Shown in pieces: positions 34,832 through 43,609 of a stretch of DNA of 64,000 bases (within the stretch, counting starts at the first letter, position 1; the number at the start of each line of letters is the position of its first letter). The DNA comes from Anaeromyxobacter sp. (GTDB taxonomy: Bacteria; Myxococcota; Myxococcia; Myxococcales; Anaeromyxobacteraceae): assembly GCA_049840735.1 (NCBI GenBank), contig JASGJN010000014.1, forward strand, positions 32,001 through 96,000, read 5' to 3'. The notes beneath the pieces are model-generated. The model saw only the letters and a list, made by a program, of their open reading frames with translations, did no database searches and had not been told where the DNA came from. Both the position numbers and the translations under genes were made by a program.

Positions 34832-34859
34832 GGCGGCTCCTCGAGTAGGAGGAGCCGCC
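34832..34859. other. Perfect 11-bp hairpin GGCGGCTCCTC-GAGTAG-GAGGAGCCGCC
   Basis: Direct inspection; ~18 nt upstream of the NTase start; no T-tail. Confidence 0.6.
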
Positions 34860-35060
34860 TGACTGTAGGCTACCGAGTCACGCATTCCCATGACGAACGA
34901 CAGCGTCTTCACGACTCGTCCGCGGCGGGACGGGTCGAGTACGGCGCCTGGAGCGGTGAACCCAGTCGCCGCGGAACCGGGACCCTGTCCCAGCGGCCGA
35001 AGTTAGAAGCGCACGCCGCAGCGGCGTTGATCGCACCGGCCCGGGGTTCTGGAAGGTCGT

Positions 35061-35160
35061 AACGCGTCCCAAAGCTCCGCAATGCGTCCCAGTGCTTCCC
35101 AGTGCTCCGGAACGCGCCCCAACGCTTCGCAGTGCTTCGCAACGCTTCCCAACGCGGATG
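35061..35160 (+). repeat. Degenerate tandem array of ten 10-bp units (consensus ARYGCKYCSC)
   Basis: aacgcgtccc aaagctccgc aatgcgtccc agtgcttccc agtgctccgg aacgcgcccc aacgcttcgc agtgcttcgc aacgcttccc aacgcggatg (last unit partial). Confidence 0.85.
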
Positions 35161-35332
35161 GGAGACGTGCGCTAGCTCTGAAAGTGACGCCTCGCGAATC
35201 CCTGATCAGCTCCGACCGGTTTCGAATAGGACCAACTGTGAAACAGCAGGAGGCCGGATGGTGGGTAGACTGTTGGTATCACACGTCAAACGCCGGCCGC
35301 CCAGACGGGAACGCGAGGGTGGGAAACGGGTC

Positions 35333-35387
35333 GCAAATTTCCCCCTCCCTCCCCCTCAACGACAGTGGGAGGGAGGGGGAACTTTGC
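35333..35387. repeat. 21-bp inverted repeat (1 mismatch) with 13-nt loop
   Basis: GCAAATTTCCCCCTCCCTCCC-cctcaacgacagt-GGGAGGGAGGGGGAACTTTGC. Confidence 0.85.
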
Positions 35388-35674
35388 TTCTTCCAGGAAG
35401 AAGAGGCAGGGGCGGCCGGAGATTTTCAGAAGCCAGAGGAAGGGACCCAAGGCTGAGAATTGAAGGAGAGGAAGTTGAGTCAGGAGTGAGACTGGAAATC
35501 GGAAACAAGGGGACAGGGTAGAAGTTCAGAAACAGACCAGAGGACCAGATGCAGGTCGTCCGCGCGAGGAAAGGAGGCGAAGGAGTAGCGTTGTTCGAGC
35601 ACCACGAAGCGGGAGACGCCGGGAGAGCAGAGCCGGGCTCGAACGGGCCGACACTGTGACGTTGGGAGGACCCC

Positions 35675-35860
35675 ATGACGAGGGCGGAGGCCGAGGAGGC
35701 GCTGAGAAGGGCCGAGGGAAGTCTGGCGATCGATGGGCTCCAGCTGACCGGCGAAGAGCGTGAGCAGGTCCTCTTGTGCCTGTGCGGGAAGAGCACTGAG
35801 GAGGAGCTGGTCGCTTGGTTGGTCAACCGTGTCAGCGAGGCGGCGACGAAAGAGTCGTAG
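35675..35860 (+). CDS. VbhA/FicA-like antitoxin (orphan)
   Basis: 61 aa helical; AEGSLAIDGLQLT..GKSTEEEL resembles the (S/T)xxxE(G/N) FIC-inhibitory helix with D for E; GGGAGG RBS. Confidence 0.6.
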   Translation: MTRAEAEEALRRAEGSLAIDGLQLTGEEREQVLLCLCGKSTEEELVAWLVNRVSEAATKES

Positions 35861-36136
35861 AGGTGCGCGCCAAGGAGCGGTGTTGGAACGGGCGGCCTGC
35901 GTGTTGATGCTCACCAGGATCCGCGCATTTCTGGACTCCCCGCCGTCGGAGGATCAGCCGGAAACTGGCAGTGACGGTCAGGCGCGGGTAGCCAGGCAGC
36001 AGCAGGGCGAAGGAGTGAGGGCCCGGAGTTAGCGCTCCGAGCCCTCGGCCGGTTCAGGCAGGGCGCCTGTGATCCAGCAGCACCGTGATCGCACGTGCCA
36101 GGTTGCCGGTCCAGTCCCCGCCCTCGTTGAGGGCGC

Positions 36137-36613
36137 CTGGAATCCTTGCGGTTCGTGGCCTGCGCGCGGCCGGCGTGCGGTCAGGTCTTCTTCCTCTGCC
36201 GGCACTGTGATCACGGGCACCGCTACTGCGGGTCGGCCTGCGCGGCGGCGGCGCGCCGGGTGAGCTTGCTCGCGGCCGGGCGCCGCTACCAGGCGAGCCG
36301 TGAGGGTCGGCTCGGCCATGCCGAGCGGCAGCGTCGATATCGAGAGCGGTGCGAGAAGGTGACGCATCACGGTCGCGAGGGGCGGACCTCCTCCGCGATG
36401 GTGCGCCCCTCGCCGGCGGTCAGCGCCACGGTGGCGCCACGACCGGCCGGCTCCGAGGTCACCGCTCATGCTCGTTCGCACGCTCCGTCGCGGGCGCAGC
36501 GGCTCTGCTGCGTACGCTGCGGCGTCCAGGGCCGCTACGTCCGCCACGACACCCTCGCCCGCGTCGGCCACCCCCAGCACCAGCGGCGCTTCCGGTCCCG
36601 GGCGCCGCGGTGA
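36137..36613 (+). CDS. Cys-rich (putative Zn-binding), Arg-rich protein upstream of istA
   Basis: CARPACGQVFFLCRHCDHGHRYCGSAC; AGRRYQASREGRLGHAERQRRYR; start CTG 36137 (after GAGGG) or TTG 36146. Confidence 0.65.
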   Translation: MESLRFVACARPACGQVFFLCRHCDHGHRYCGSACAAAARRVSLLAAGRRYQASREGRLGHAERQRRYRERCEKVTHHGREGRTSSAMVRPSPAVSATVAPRPAGSEVTAHARSHAPSRAQRLCCVRCGVQGRYVRHDTLARVGHPQHQRRFRSRAPR

Positions 36614-36622
36614 GGTGCGTCC

Positions 36623-38121
36623 GTGATCCCGCCGGAGCTGCGCGCGCGGATCCGGCGCCTCTTCTTCGCCGAGCACTGGAAGGTGGGCACCATCGCCGCC
36701 GAGCTGGGCGTCCACCACGAGACGGTGATGCGCGCCATCGAGGCTGACCGGTTCGTCCGCCCGGACGCACTCGTGCGGCGGTCCCTGCTCGATCCCTACG
36801 CGCGTTCGTCACCGACACGCTGGAGCAGCATCCGCGACTGCGGGCCACGCGGCTCTTCGAGATGATCCGGGACCGCGGCTACCAGGGCTCGGCCGTGCAA
36901 CTCCGCCGGTACGTGGCCACCATCCGGCCCGCGCCGCGGAGCGAGGCGTACCTTCGCCTGCAGACCCTGCCGGGCGAGCAGGCCCAGGTGGACTGGGGGC
37001 ACTTCGGATCGATCCGGATCGGCCACGCCAAGCGGAGCCTGTCGTGCTTCGTGATGGTCCTCTCGTGGTCCAGGGCGATGTTCGCCCGGTTCGGCCTCGA
37101 CCAGACGCTGGAGACGTTCCTGCGCGGCCACGTCGAGGCGTTCACCGCGCTCGGCGGCGTGCCGAGGGCGATCCTCTACGACAACCTGAAGAGCGTCGTC
37201 CTGGAGCGGGCCGGCGATCACATCCGCTTCCATGAGCCGATGCTGTTCTTCGCCGGCCACTATCACTTCGCCCCCAAGCCCTGCGCGCCTTACCGCGGCA
37301 ACGAGAAGGGCAAGGTCGAGCGCACCATCCAGTACCTCCGCGACGGCTTCTTCGCTGCCCGGCGGTACTCCTCGGTCCAGGACCTCAACGCGCAGCTCCG
37401 CGCCTGGATCGACCGAACCGCCCACGCGCGCAAGGTCCCTGGCGATCCCGAGGGCCGGCTCGTCAGCGACGCGCTCGAGGAGGAGCGCCCGCGCTTGCTG
37501 CCGCTCCCCGAGCATCCCTGGGAGTGCCGCGTCGTCCGGTCGGTCGTCTCCGGCAAGCAGCCCTACATCCGCTTCGACCGCAACGACTACTCGATCCCGC
37601 ACTACCTCGTCGGCAAGCCGCTCGTCCTCACCGCCACCGAGGAGGAGGTCCGGATCACCAACGGCTCGTACGTCTTCGCCTCCCACGCGCGCAGCTACGA
37701 CGAGAAGCAGGTGATCGAGGACCCGGCGCACATCGAGGAGCTCGCCCGCGAGAAGCGGCGCGCCCACGAGCTGCGTGGCCGGGACCGACTGCGGGCCTCG
37801 TGCCCGAGCGCGGATGCCTTCGTCGAGGCGCTGGCCCAGCGCGGAGAGCACCTCGGCGGCCAGGTCTCACGGCTGCTCAAGCTCCTCGACCGGGTCGGTC
37901 CCGCCGAGCTGGAGATCGCCCTCAAGGACGCGCTCGCCCGCGGGGCGGTCGGCGCCGCCTCCGTCGCCCACGTCCTCGACCAGCGGGCACGAGCGCGGAA
38001 GGCGGCGCCCGCCCTCGACGTCGTCCTCCCCGACGATCCCCGCGTGCGCGACCTGCGCGTCACCCCCCACGCCCTCGACACGTACGACGCCCTCGCCAAG
38101 CCCACCAAGGAGAAGCCGTGA
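36623..38121 (+). CDS. istA: IS21 transposase IstA; one -1 frameshift at ~36800
   Basis: N-terminal [29 protein letters not shown]; adding 1 nt gives 500 codons. Confidence 0.92.
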
Positions 38122-38895
38122 CCACCGACATCAAGGACCAGCTCCGCTCGCTCGGCCTGCGGCACACGGCCGACACCCTCGACGACGTCATCGCCCTCGC
38201 CACGAAGAGGCGCTGGGGCGCCCAGCAGCTCTTCGAGCACGTCGCCCGCATCGAGGCCGAGGACCGCGCGCGGCGCGGCCTCGAGCGTCGCCTCGGCCGC
38301 TCCAAGCTGGGCCGCTTCAAGATCATGGCCGACTTCGACTGGTCCTGGCCCAAGCAGATCGACCGGGACGCCGTCGAGGCCGCCGTCCGCCTCGACTTCC
38401 TCGAGAAGGCCCACAACGTCGTTCTCGTCGCGCCCCAGGGCCTCGGCAAGACGATGATCGCCCAGAACATCGCGCATGCCGCCGTGCTGACTGGCCACTC
38501 CGTGCTCTTCACGACCGCCGCTCAGATGCTGCTCGACCTCGGAGCCCAGGACTCCGCCCGCGCCCTCGACCAGCGGCTGCGCCACTACTGCACCCGCACC
38601 GGCCTGCTCGTCATCGACGAGATCGGCTACCTCTCCTACGACAACCGGAACGCCGACCTGCTCTTCCAAGTCGTCTCTCGCCGCTACGAGCGTAAGAGCA
38701 TCGTACTCACCACCAATCTCGCCTTCTCCGACTGGCCGACCATCTTCCCCAACGCCGCCTGCACCACCGCCCTCATCGACCGTCTCGTCCACCACTCCGA
38801 GAATCATCAGCATCGAGGGCGAGAGCTACCGCAAACGCGAGGCGGCGGAGGCCAAGGAAGCGACGGCGACCCGGCGGCGCAAGAAGCGGCCGTGA
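38118..38895 (+). CDS. istB: IS21 helper ATPase IstB; one +1 frameshift at ~38803
   Basis: GTGA overlap; DFDWSW, APQGLGKT, LVIDEIGY, LTTN, ALIDRLVHH; corrected tail EIISIEGESYRKREA. Confidence 0.92.
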
Positions 38896-38973
38896 CGCGA
38901 ACAGGGCGTACCCTGGCCAGATGTGGCATCGTTCGCCCGAGCGACTCCCGCGACACAGACGTCCAGGGCAACT

Positions 38974-39291
38974 ATGGACCGCAACGTCATACTTCCAGAT
39001 GGGTGGACGAGCGTCGGATCTCTCCCCGAGTACGACCCCGCTCTCTCCGCGGCGACACCGGACCAGCGCTGGTCACTGAAGGAAGATATCTGGCAGGCCA
39101 GCAGCGCGGATGGGCGCTGTTCGGTGGACGTCGGGTGGTACCCAGAGTTCGAAGCCTCGGGCCAGTTCGTGTGCCTCGTCGTTGAGGACGGCACCTGGGA
39201 TAACCCCGCGGAGCGCCTCGAAACGAGAAGCGCCGCTGAAGTCATCGAGTGGGTCCGTTCCGTCCTCCCTCGGTTCGCAGTTCGCCGATAG
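38974..39291 (+). CDS. Small passenger protein inside IS21 (immunity-protein-like, uncharacterised)
   Basis: 105 aa; LKEDIWQ..VDVGWYPEFE..GQF..V..D..WDNP; lies between istB and the right TIR. Confidence 0.6.
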   Translation: MDRNVILPDGWTSVGSLPEYDPALSAATPDQRWSLKEDIWQASSADGRCSVDVGWYPEFEASGQFVCLVVEDGTWDNPAERLETRSAAEVIEWVRSVLPRFAVRR

Positions 39292-39396
39292 AGGCAGATC
39301 GCGACCTAGCCATCTCGGTCCGATACGGCCGTCGGCAAGTTCAGAAATCCGCGGTTCTTCGCGAGCGCCAACAGCCTGCGTGCACCAAGGCGGTCG

Positions 39397-39684
39397 TCAC
39401 CGCGGCTTTCCTGCCCGCCTGTCCCAGCGCCGCACCGAGAGCACCCGACCAAGGTGAAGTCGGTACTCGCCCGCACGAGCGTGTCGAGTCACCCGCGTTA
39501 CCAGAACCACAGCTTCAGGGACGGGGGGCGTCATCCCGTTGAGAAGGCGAAGTCGGAAGGGCGTCGTCAGAGGTTCGATGCGCCGTGCCCAGTACGGCTT
39601 CAGTTCGCGGTACTCGATTCGCTTGGTGCCAGCCACGATCGCGGCGAAGTACTGCCGCTCGATGTTCATCGTCAGCGTTTCCAT
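39397..39684 (-). CDS. ASCH/PUA-like domain protein
   Basis: LTMNIERQYFAAIVAGTKRIEYR (GxKxxExR ASCH motif); GAGGA RBS. Confidence 0.8.
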   Translation of the reverse strand: METLTMNIERQYFAAIVAGTKRIEYRELKPYWARRIEPLTTPFRLRLLNGMTPPVPEAVVLVTRVTRHARAGEYRLHLGRVLSVRRWDRRAGKPR

Positions 39685-39800
39685 AGGTCCTCGCAGCGTG
39701 CCAGGACGGCGCCGGTGCGGCCCTGCTTCTGCTCCGCTCCCGCTTCGAGGCGAACTTCTGCCCAGCGCGGAATTCCGACACGGCCCTGCGGCCGACACGG

Positions 39801-40436
39801 TCACGGCTCCCGGGCATACAGCGCCAGGACGTTGATAGAAGGCTTTTCCAGCGTCCGGCCGCGCAGATGCTGCACCTGCCAGAGGCCGCTCTCCCTGATG
39901 CCGGCCAGCGGTGAGTGGCGTCCGAGCCAATCCGCGGAGGCGTGGCAGCCGGCGCAGGTTGCTACGGTCGCGATGGACGGCTTCTCCAGCCGGAGAGCGG
40001 TTTCGGGATCGGGTGCGCCCACGACGCAGAATGTGAGGTTCGTGCGGATGTGCTTCGTTACCGCGTCTTCCACGCTGGACTGCTTGGCCATGTCGATCCG
40101 GGCTTCGTGCTGCGCCCGGGCGTCGTGGCTGGTCAGGTCGAGATCCCAGTCGGCGAGGAACGGGTCGCCAGCCTTCGCCAGCAGTGCGCGCCCGATGTTC
40201 TTCCGGAAGATGCTTCGGTCCTTGTTGGGATTCACGTGCTCGCGCAGCCGCGCCAACAGGTTCCCGCGCCCGGTGTGGCTGCCAATCCTTACGATGCGGT
40301 CGCCGCCATGGCCCTGCTCACCCCGCTCGAAGATGAAGTACAGGCCGTTGGCCGGCACCTTCCTGTCAGGCGGTGGGAACTCGAAGCGGGCGAGGTCCCT
40401 CACGATGGCGTGCAGCTCCGCGCAGGTCTGGTCCAT
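39801..40436 (-). CDS. GIY-YIG-like nuclease
   Basis: NGLYFIFE..IVRIGSHTG..LLARLREH, later LE; 7 nt downstream of the DUF6884-like gene. Confidence 0.7.
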   Translation of the reverse strand: MDQTCAELHAIVRDLARFEFPPPDRKVPANGLYFIFERGEQGHGGDRIVRIGSHTGRGNLLARLREHVNPNKDRSIFRKNIGRALLAKAGDPFLADWDLDLTSHDARAQHEARIDMAKQSSVEDAVTKHIRTNLTFCVVGAPDPETALRLEKPSIATVATCAGCHASADWLGRHSPLAGIRESGLWQVQHLRGRTLEKPSINVLALYAREP

Positions 40437-40442
40437 GGTGGG

Positions 40443-41123
40443 TCACCCAAGCCTTTCGAGGAATGCGGAGTCTTCGCACAGGCGCTCGGCGCATCCGTAG
40501 TGCCAGTTCGTCTTCGCGGTGGTTCGGTAGGGGACGAGCCGGACTGGGCCGGATTCGCTCGCGCGCGTGACGCGGTCGCTGGGCTCACAGCGGAACGGAA
40601 CGATCACCGGCCCCTTCACCGAACGCACGAGCGTTGTGAAGAGAGGCAAGTAGTCTCTCCCACCGAGGAACACCACGGGACCGTCGGGAACGGCGGGAAG
40701 CTGGTTGAAGTCGGCGTAGTGGTCGCCCGGCAGGCGTCTCTTGTACGGCTCGGCCTGCTTCGAGAACGTGATGTCGTACCGAGGAAGTCGGTAGTCGGAG
40801 CGAACAAGGCCCCAGCCGGCGGAGAGTATGAACATGCGCTCGACGCCGAAACGCCTGGCCAAGCGAGAGAAGGCTAGCGGCTGGTAGAGCTCGAAGGCGC
40901 GGCAGAGCCTTTCATTCTCCCGCGAGGAGTTGGCCTCCTCCAGCTGGCGGCGCCAGGTCGCTCCAGCGACATCCGAAGGGTCGTCAGGCCGAGCCCACAC
41001 GACGCCCATGCCCGTGGGGGCGGATTCGGGGCGCGCAACGAATATGACAGGCGCCCCGCTGGTCATCGACAGGCAGCCCGCGTTTGGCTGCTTGGTGGAA
41101 GCGCACTGAATGACGACGAGCAT
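40443..41123 (-). CDS. DUF6884/YaaA-like protein
   Basis: VIQCASTK, AFELY, FILSAGWGLV, PRYDITF, VFLGGRDY; GGGAGGGG RBS. Confidence 0.65.
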   Translation of the reverse strand: MLVVIQCASTKQPNAGCLSMTSGAPVIFVARPESAPTGMGVVWARPDDPSDVAGATWRRQLEEANSSRENERLCRAFELYQPLAFSRLARRFGVERMFILSAGWGLVRSDYRLPRYDITFSKQAEPYKRRLPGDHYADFNQLPAVPDGPVVFLGGRDYLPLFTTLVRSVKGPVIVPFRCEPSDRVTRASESGPVRLVPYRTTAKTNWHYGCAERLCEDSAFLERLG

Positions 41124-41426
41124 CGGCCCCTCCCGATCCGCACCAGCGATGGTAGCTCCCCTGCGGACACGTTCTGGCCGAGGGCGATCGGCATCCCCTG
41201 GGACGGTAGCGTGTCATCGGACCATGCAGCACCGCGAACTGTAGCTCTTGCCAGCATCCTGCGGGGCTACGCCGCCGCAGGACCGCGGAGCGGCGCGAAG
41301 GAGGCAGGGCAAACCCCTGTTGCCGCGGGGAGTGCGTGAGACCTGCGGTCCGGCGTGCTTCTCGTCGGATCGGGGGAGTACGCCTCGACCGCTGTCGCGG
41401 AACCGCGCAGCTTGCCGTGAGCGCAG

Positions 41427-41720
41427 CTACTGCCTGGACGTGCGCGGCGAGGTGGCCAGCCTGCGCGGACGCCCTGGGGTCCGAGCTGGCCGCGCGGCGG
41501 GCCGCAGCAGCCTAGCGGGAGTCACGCCGAGCGAGTCCGCCAGGTGCGCCAAGGTTTCGAGCCTCATGTTGACGCTGGCTCTCTCGATTCGCTGGATGTA
41601 GCGCGCGTCGAGCCCAGCTCGCTCGGCCAGCGCTTCCTGCGTCAGACCGAGGCTCTTCCGCAGTCGGCGGACGTTCCCCGCAACGGAGTCGAGTAGGGGC
41701 TGAAAGGCGGACGCGGCCAC
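41427..41720 (-). CDS. XRE-family HTH regulator
   Basis: NVRRLRKSLGLTQEALAERAGLDARYIQRIERASVNMRLETLAHLA. Confidence 0.88.
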   Translation of the reverse strand: MAASAFQPLLDSVAGNVRRLRKSLGLTQEALAERAGLDARYIQRIERASVNMRLETLAHLADSLGVTPARLLRPAARPARTPGRPRRLATSPRTSRQ

Positions 41721-41817
41721 GCCTCAGCGGGTACCCCCAGGCTGCTCGCGATAACACGGTAGGAACGGCTGTGTTACTGTTTAGCGCGCGCACTCGCGCT
41801 TTCCGTGTGAGGTCCCG

Positions 41818-42201
41818 ATGAGAGTGCTGGATCGTTTTCGTGCCGACGTGATCGACCGTGGAGCCGAGGCCTGTCTCCCACGAAACCTGTCAAACAGGTG
41901 GCTGACGAAAGTGGCCGACGCGGCGAAGTACGTTCTAGAGAACGAGTCGGACGAGATGCCGGACGACGCGAACGCCATTGCTCTGGCCGCTGCGCTCTGT
42001 CTCCTTTCGGGGAAGCACAACACGCCCTCGGTGCAGGTCGGGTTCGGCGAGTTGTTCGAGTACCTTCAGCTCTATCGAACGGAACTCCTGCTTGAGTTGC
42101 TCCACCGGAACACGGACCTGCGATACGAACCAGCGACCCTCGAAACGATCTTCACGGATCGAGAGATCGTCACGTGGAGGGAGCCCTTCACGCCCGGGTA
42201 G
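41818..42201 (+). CDS. Hypothetical protein
   Basis: 127 aa with normal composition, GAGG RBS, divergent from XRE gene. Confidence 0.6.
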   Translation: MRVLDRFRADVIDRGAEACLPRNLSNRWLTKVADAAKYVLENESDEMPDDANAIALAAALCLLSGKHNTPSVQVGFGELFEYLQLYRTELLLELLHRNTDLRYEPATLETIFTDREIVTWREPFTPG

Positions 42202-42256
42202 CAGGCTCGCCGACCCGTGCAGTAGCGCTCTCTGCAAGGGCTGGCGGGCGCTGACG

Positions 42257-43567
42257 CTACAGCTTCCCGTCTGGCCCGCCGCCCTCGGTCTTCAAGAGCT
42301 CGATGTCCTCGTGCCCAAGTCGTTCGGCAGGCGCCCGCCACTTGCGGAGTCGTTGCAGGGCGTCCGTGCCACCGAGAAGCTCACGCGCTAGCGAGATCCG
42401 GGCCGCCAGCGCCTCCTTCTCGTCGGTGCCGAGGTCCGCCGTCCTGCGCTCGATGTCCTCGAAGAACTGCTCAACCCGCCTCGCGACTGACCATGCCTCT
42501 ACCGTGGACATCAGGTCGGCGCGGCTGGTCGCAAGCGCCTCCGAGTAGAGCCTGCGCGCCTCCTTGATGCGCCACCGCCTCTGCTCCGCTTCGAGCCGCG
42601 TGGTCTCCTCTTGGCGGCGGCGTTCGGCGTCGACGGCCATGGACGCGATCGCGGACGCCGCCTTGACCAGCTCCTTGCGAAGTCGCTTGAGGTCGATGCC
42701 CCGTCCCCCAGGGCTGGACTCGGTCCAGGTCTTCTCCCAGGAGGTGCCGACGTACGGGGAGTAGGCCCGGATCGCCAGGCGCCGGCTCGGGAACATGTGC
42801 TTGCTCGTCCACTGGTTGGGGTTCCGCCTGCGTGGGGCCGGTAGCTCGGAGACTCGAACGTACTTGCCGTCGATGTAGCGAGCCTCTGCTTCTTCGGCGG
42901 GCTCGTACACGGTCAGGCCGATGGCGACGCTCCCGATGAACACGACCGTAGGTACGCTCGGCTCCCACGGCGTGTTCTGCCAGTCCTCGCGCTGCTTCCC
43001 GGCGTAGGCGAGGAACGGCCTAGTGTAGTGGTGCCCGTCCTCGGGGCCGAAAACGACGCGGTAGCCGCCGGCGGTCAACGAACGGTACAGGCCGTTCGCG
43101 AGCTCGAGCGCGCGCGGCAGCAGTTCCTTGCTCACGAAGATGTCGGGCAGGGCCTTCTTGTAGGGGCGCAGGTATTCGGCCCCCTCGATGAAGGACCGCC
43201 CGGGCCGAGATTTCTCAAACAGCGGCTGGACTCGCGAGAGGAGGGGATGTGTCTGCGGAACCTGAACTCGACCACGAGGTTCACCGGGGCCCGCCGGCAG
43301 GGTCGGAGCCACCGCTGAGGCGCGTGCCACGGGTGCCGAGTCACGGCGCCATTCGAGCGGAGCTCCGGGGCTGGGCGGTGGGAGTAGTGGTTTCGGCGAA
43401 AGCTTGCCGGCCTTGAGCTTGGCCCAGTGCCCTCTCTGGGGACGCGGGACGTTGAGGGTCTCGCAGACACGCGTGAGGAAGCTACCGGAAACCCCGTGCT
43501 TCGCGGCGACAGCCTCCATCGGCTGCGACCAAACCGCGTCGTACAGCTCCTCCCGCGTGAGTGCCAT
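42257..43567 (-). CDS. Hypothetical island-associated protein with N-terminal HTH-like domain
   Basis: MALTREELYDAVWSQPM..VAAKHGVS..L..VC..LNVPRP.RGHWAK; C-terminal coiled coil. Confidence 0.75.
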   Translation of the reverse strand: MALTREELYDAVWSQPMEAVAAKHGVSGSFLTRVCETLNVPRPQRGHWAKLKAGKLSPKPLLPPPSPGAPLEWRRDSAPVARASAVAPTLPAGPGEPRGRVQVPQTHPLLSRVQPLFEKSRPGRSFIEGAEYLRPYKKALPDIFVSKELLPRALELANGLYRSLTAGGYRVVFGPEDGHHYTRPFLAYAGKQREDWQNTPWEPSVPTVVFIGSVAIGLTVYEPAEEAEARYIDGKYVRVSELPAPRRRNPNQWTSKHMFPSRRLAIRAYSPYVGTSWEKTWTESSPGGRGIDLKRLRKELVKAASAIASMAVDAERRRQEETTRLEAEQRRWRIKEARRLYSEALATSRADLMSTVEAWSVARRVEQFFEDIERRTADLGTDEKEALAARISLARELLGGTDALQRLRKWRAPAERLGHEDIELLKTEGGGPDGKL

Positions 43568-43609
43568 GCAGGCGAGTCTACCCGGCCTTCGTCGCGCCGC
43601 TAGGGAGGC

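Larger units (their letters stand above)
35902..39373 (+). mobile_element. IS21-family element (3472 bp) with two extra ORFs
   Basis: TG..CA ends; 36-bp TIRs 28/36 identical (TGTTGATGCTCACCAGGATCCGCGCATTTCTGGACT vs TGTTGGCGCTCGCGAAGAACCGCGGATTTCTGAACT); 7-bp TSD GCCTGCG at 35895-35901 and 39374-39380. Confidence 0.92.

Noticed and set aside
35061..35160. Possible CRISPR array
   Set aside because: Units are 10 bp, degenerate and have no spacers; no cas genes in the window
35082..35521. ORFs spanning the decamer array and inverted repeat
   Set aside because: No RBS, atypical codon usage, low-complexity translation
34990..36040. Integron attC-like GTTAG core sites (~35002, ~36028)
   Set aside because: No matching inverse core or cassette structure, and no integron integrase
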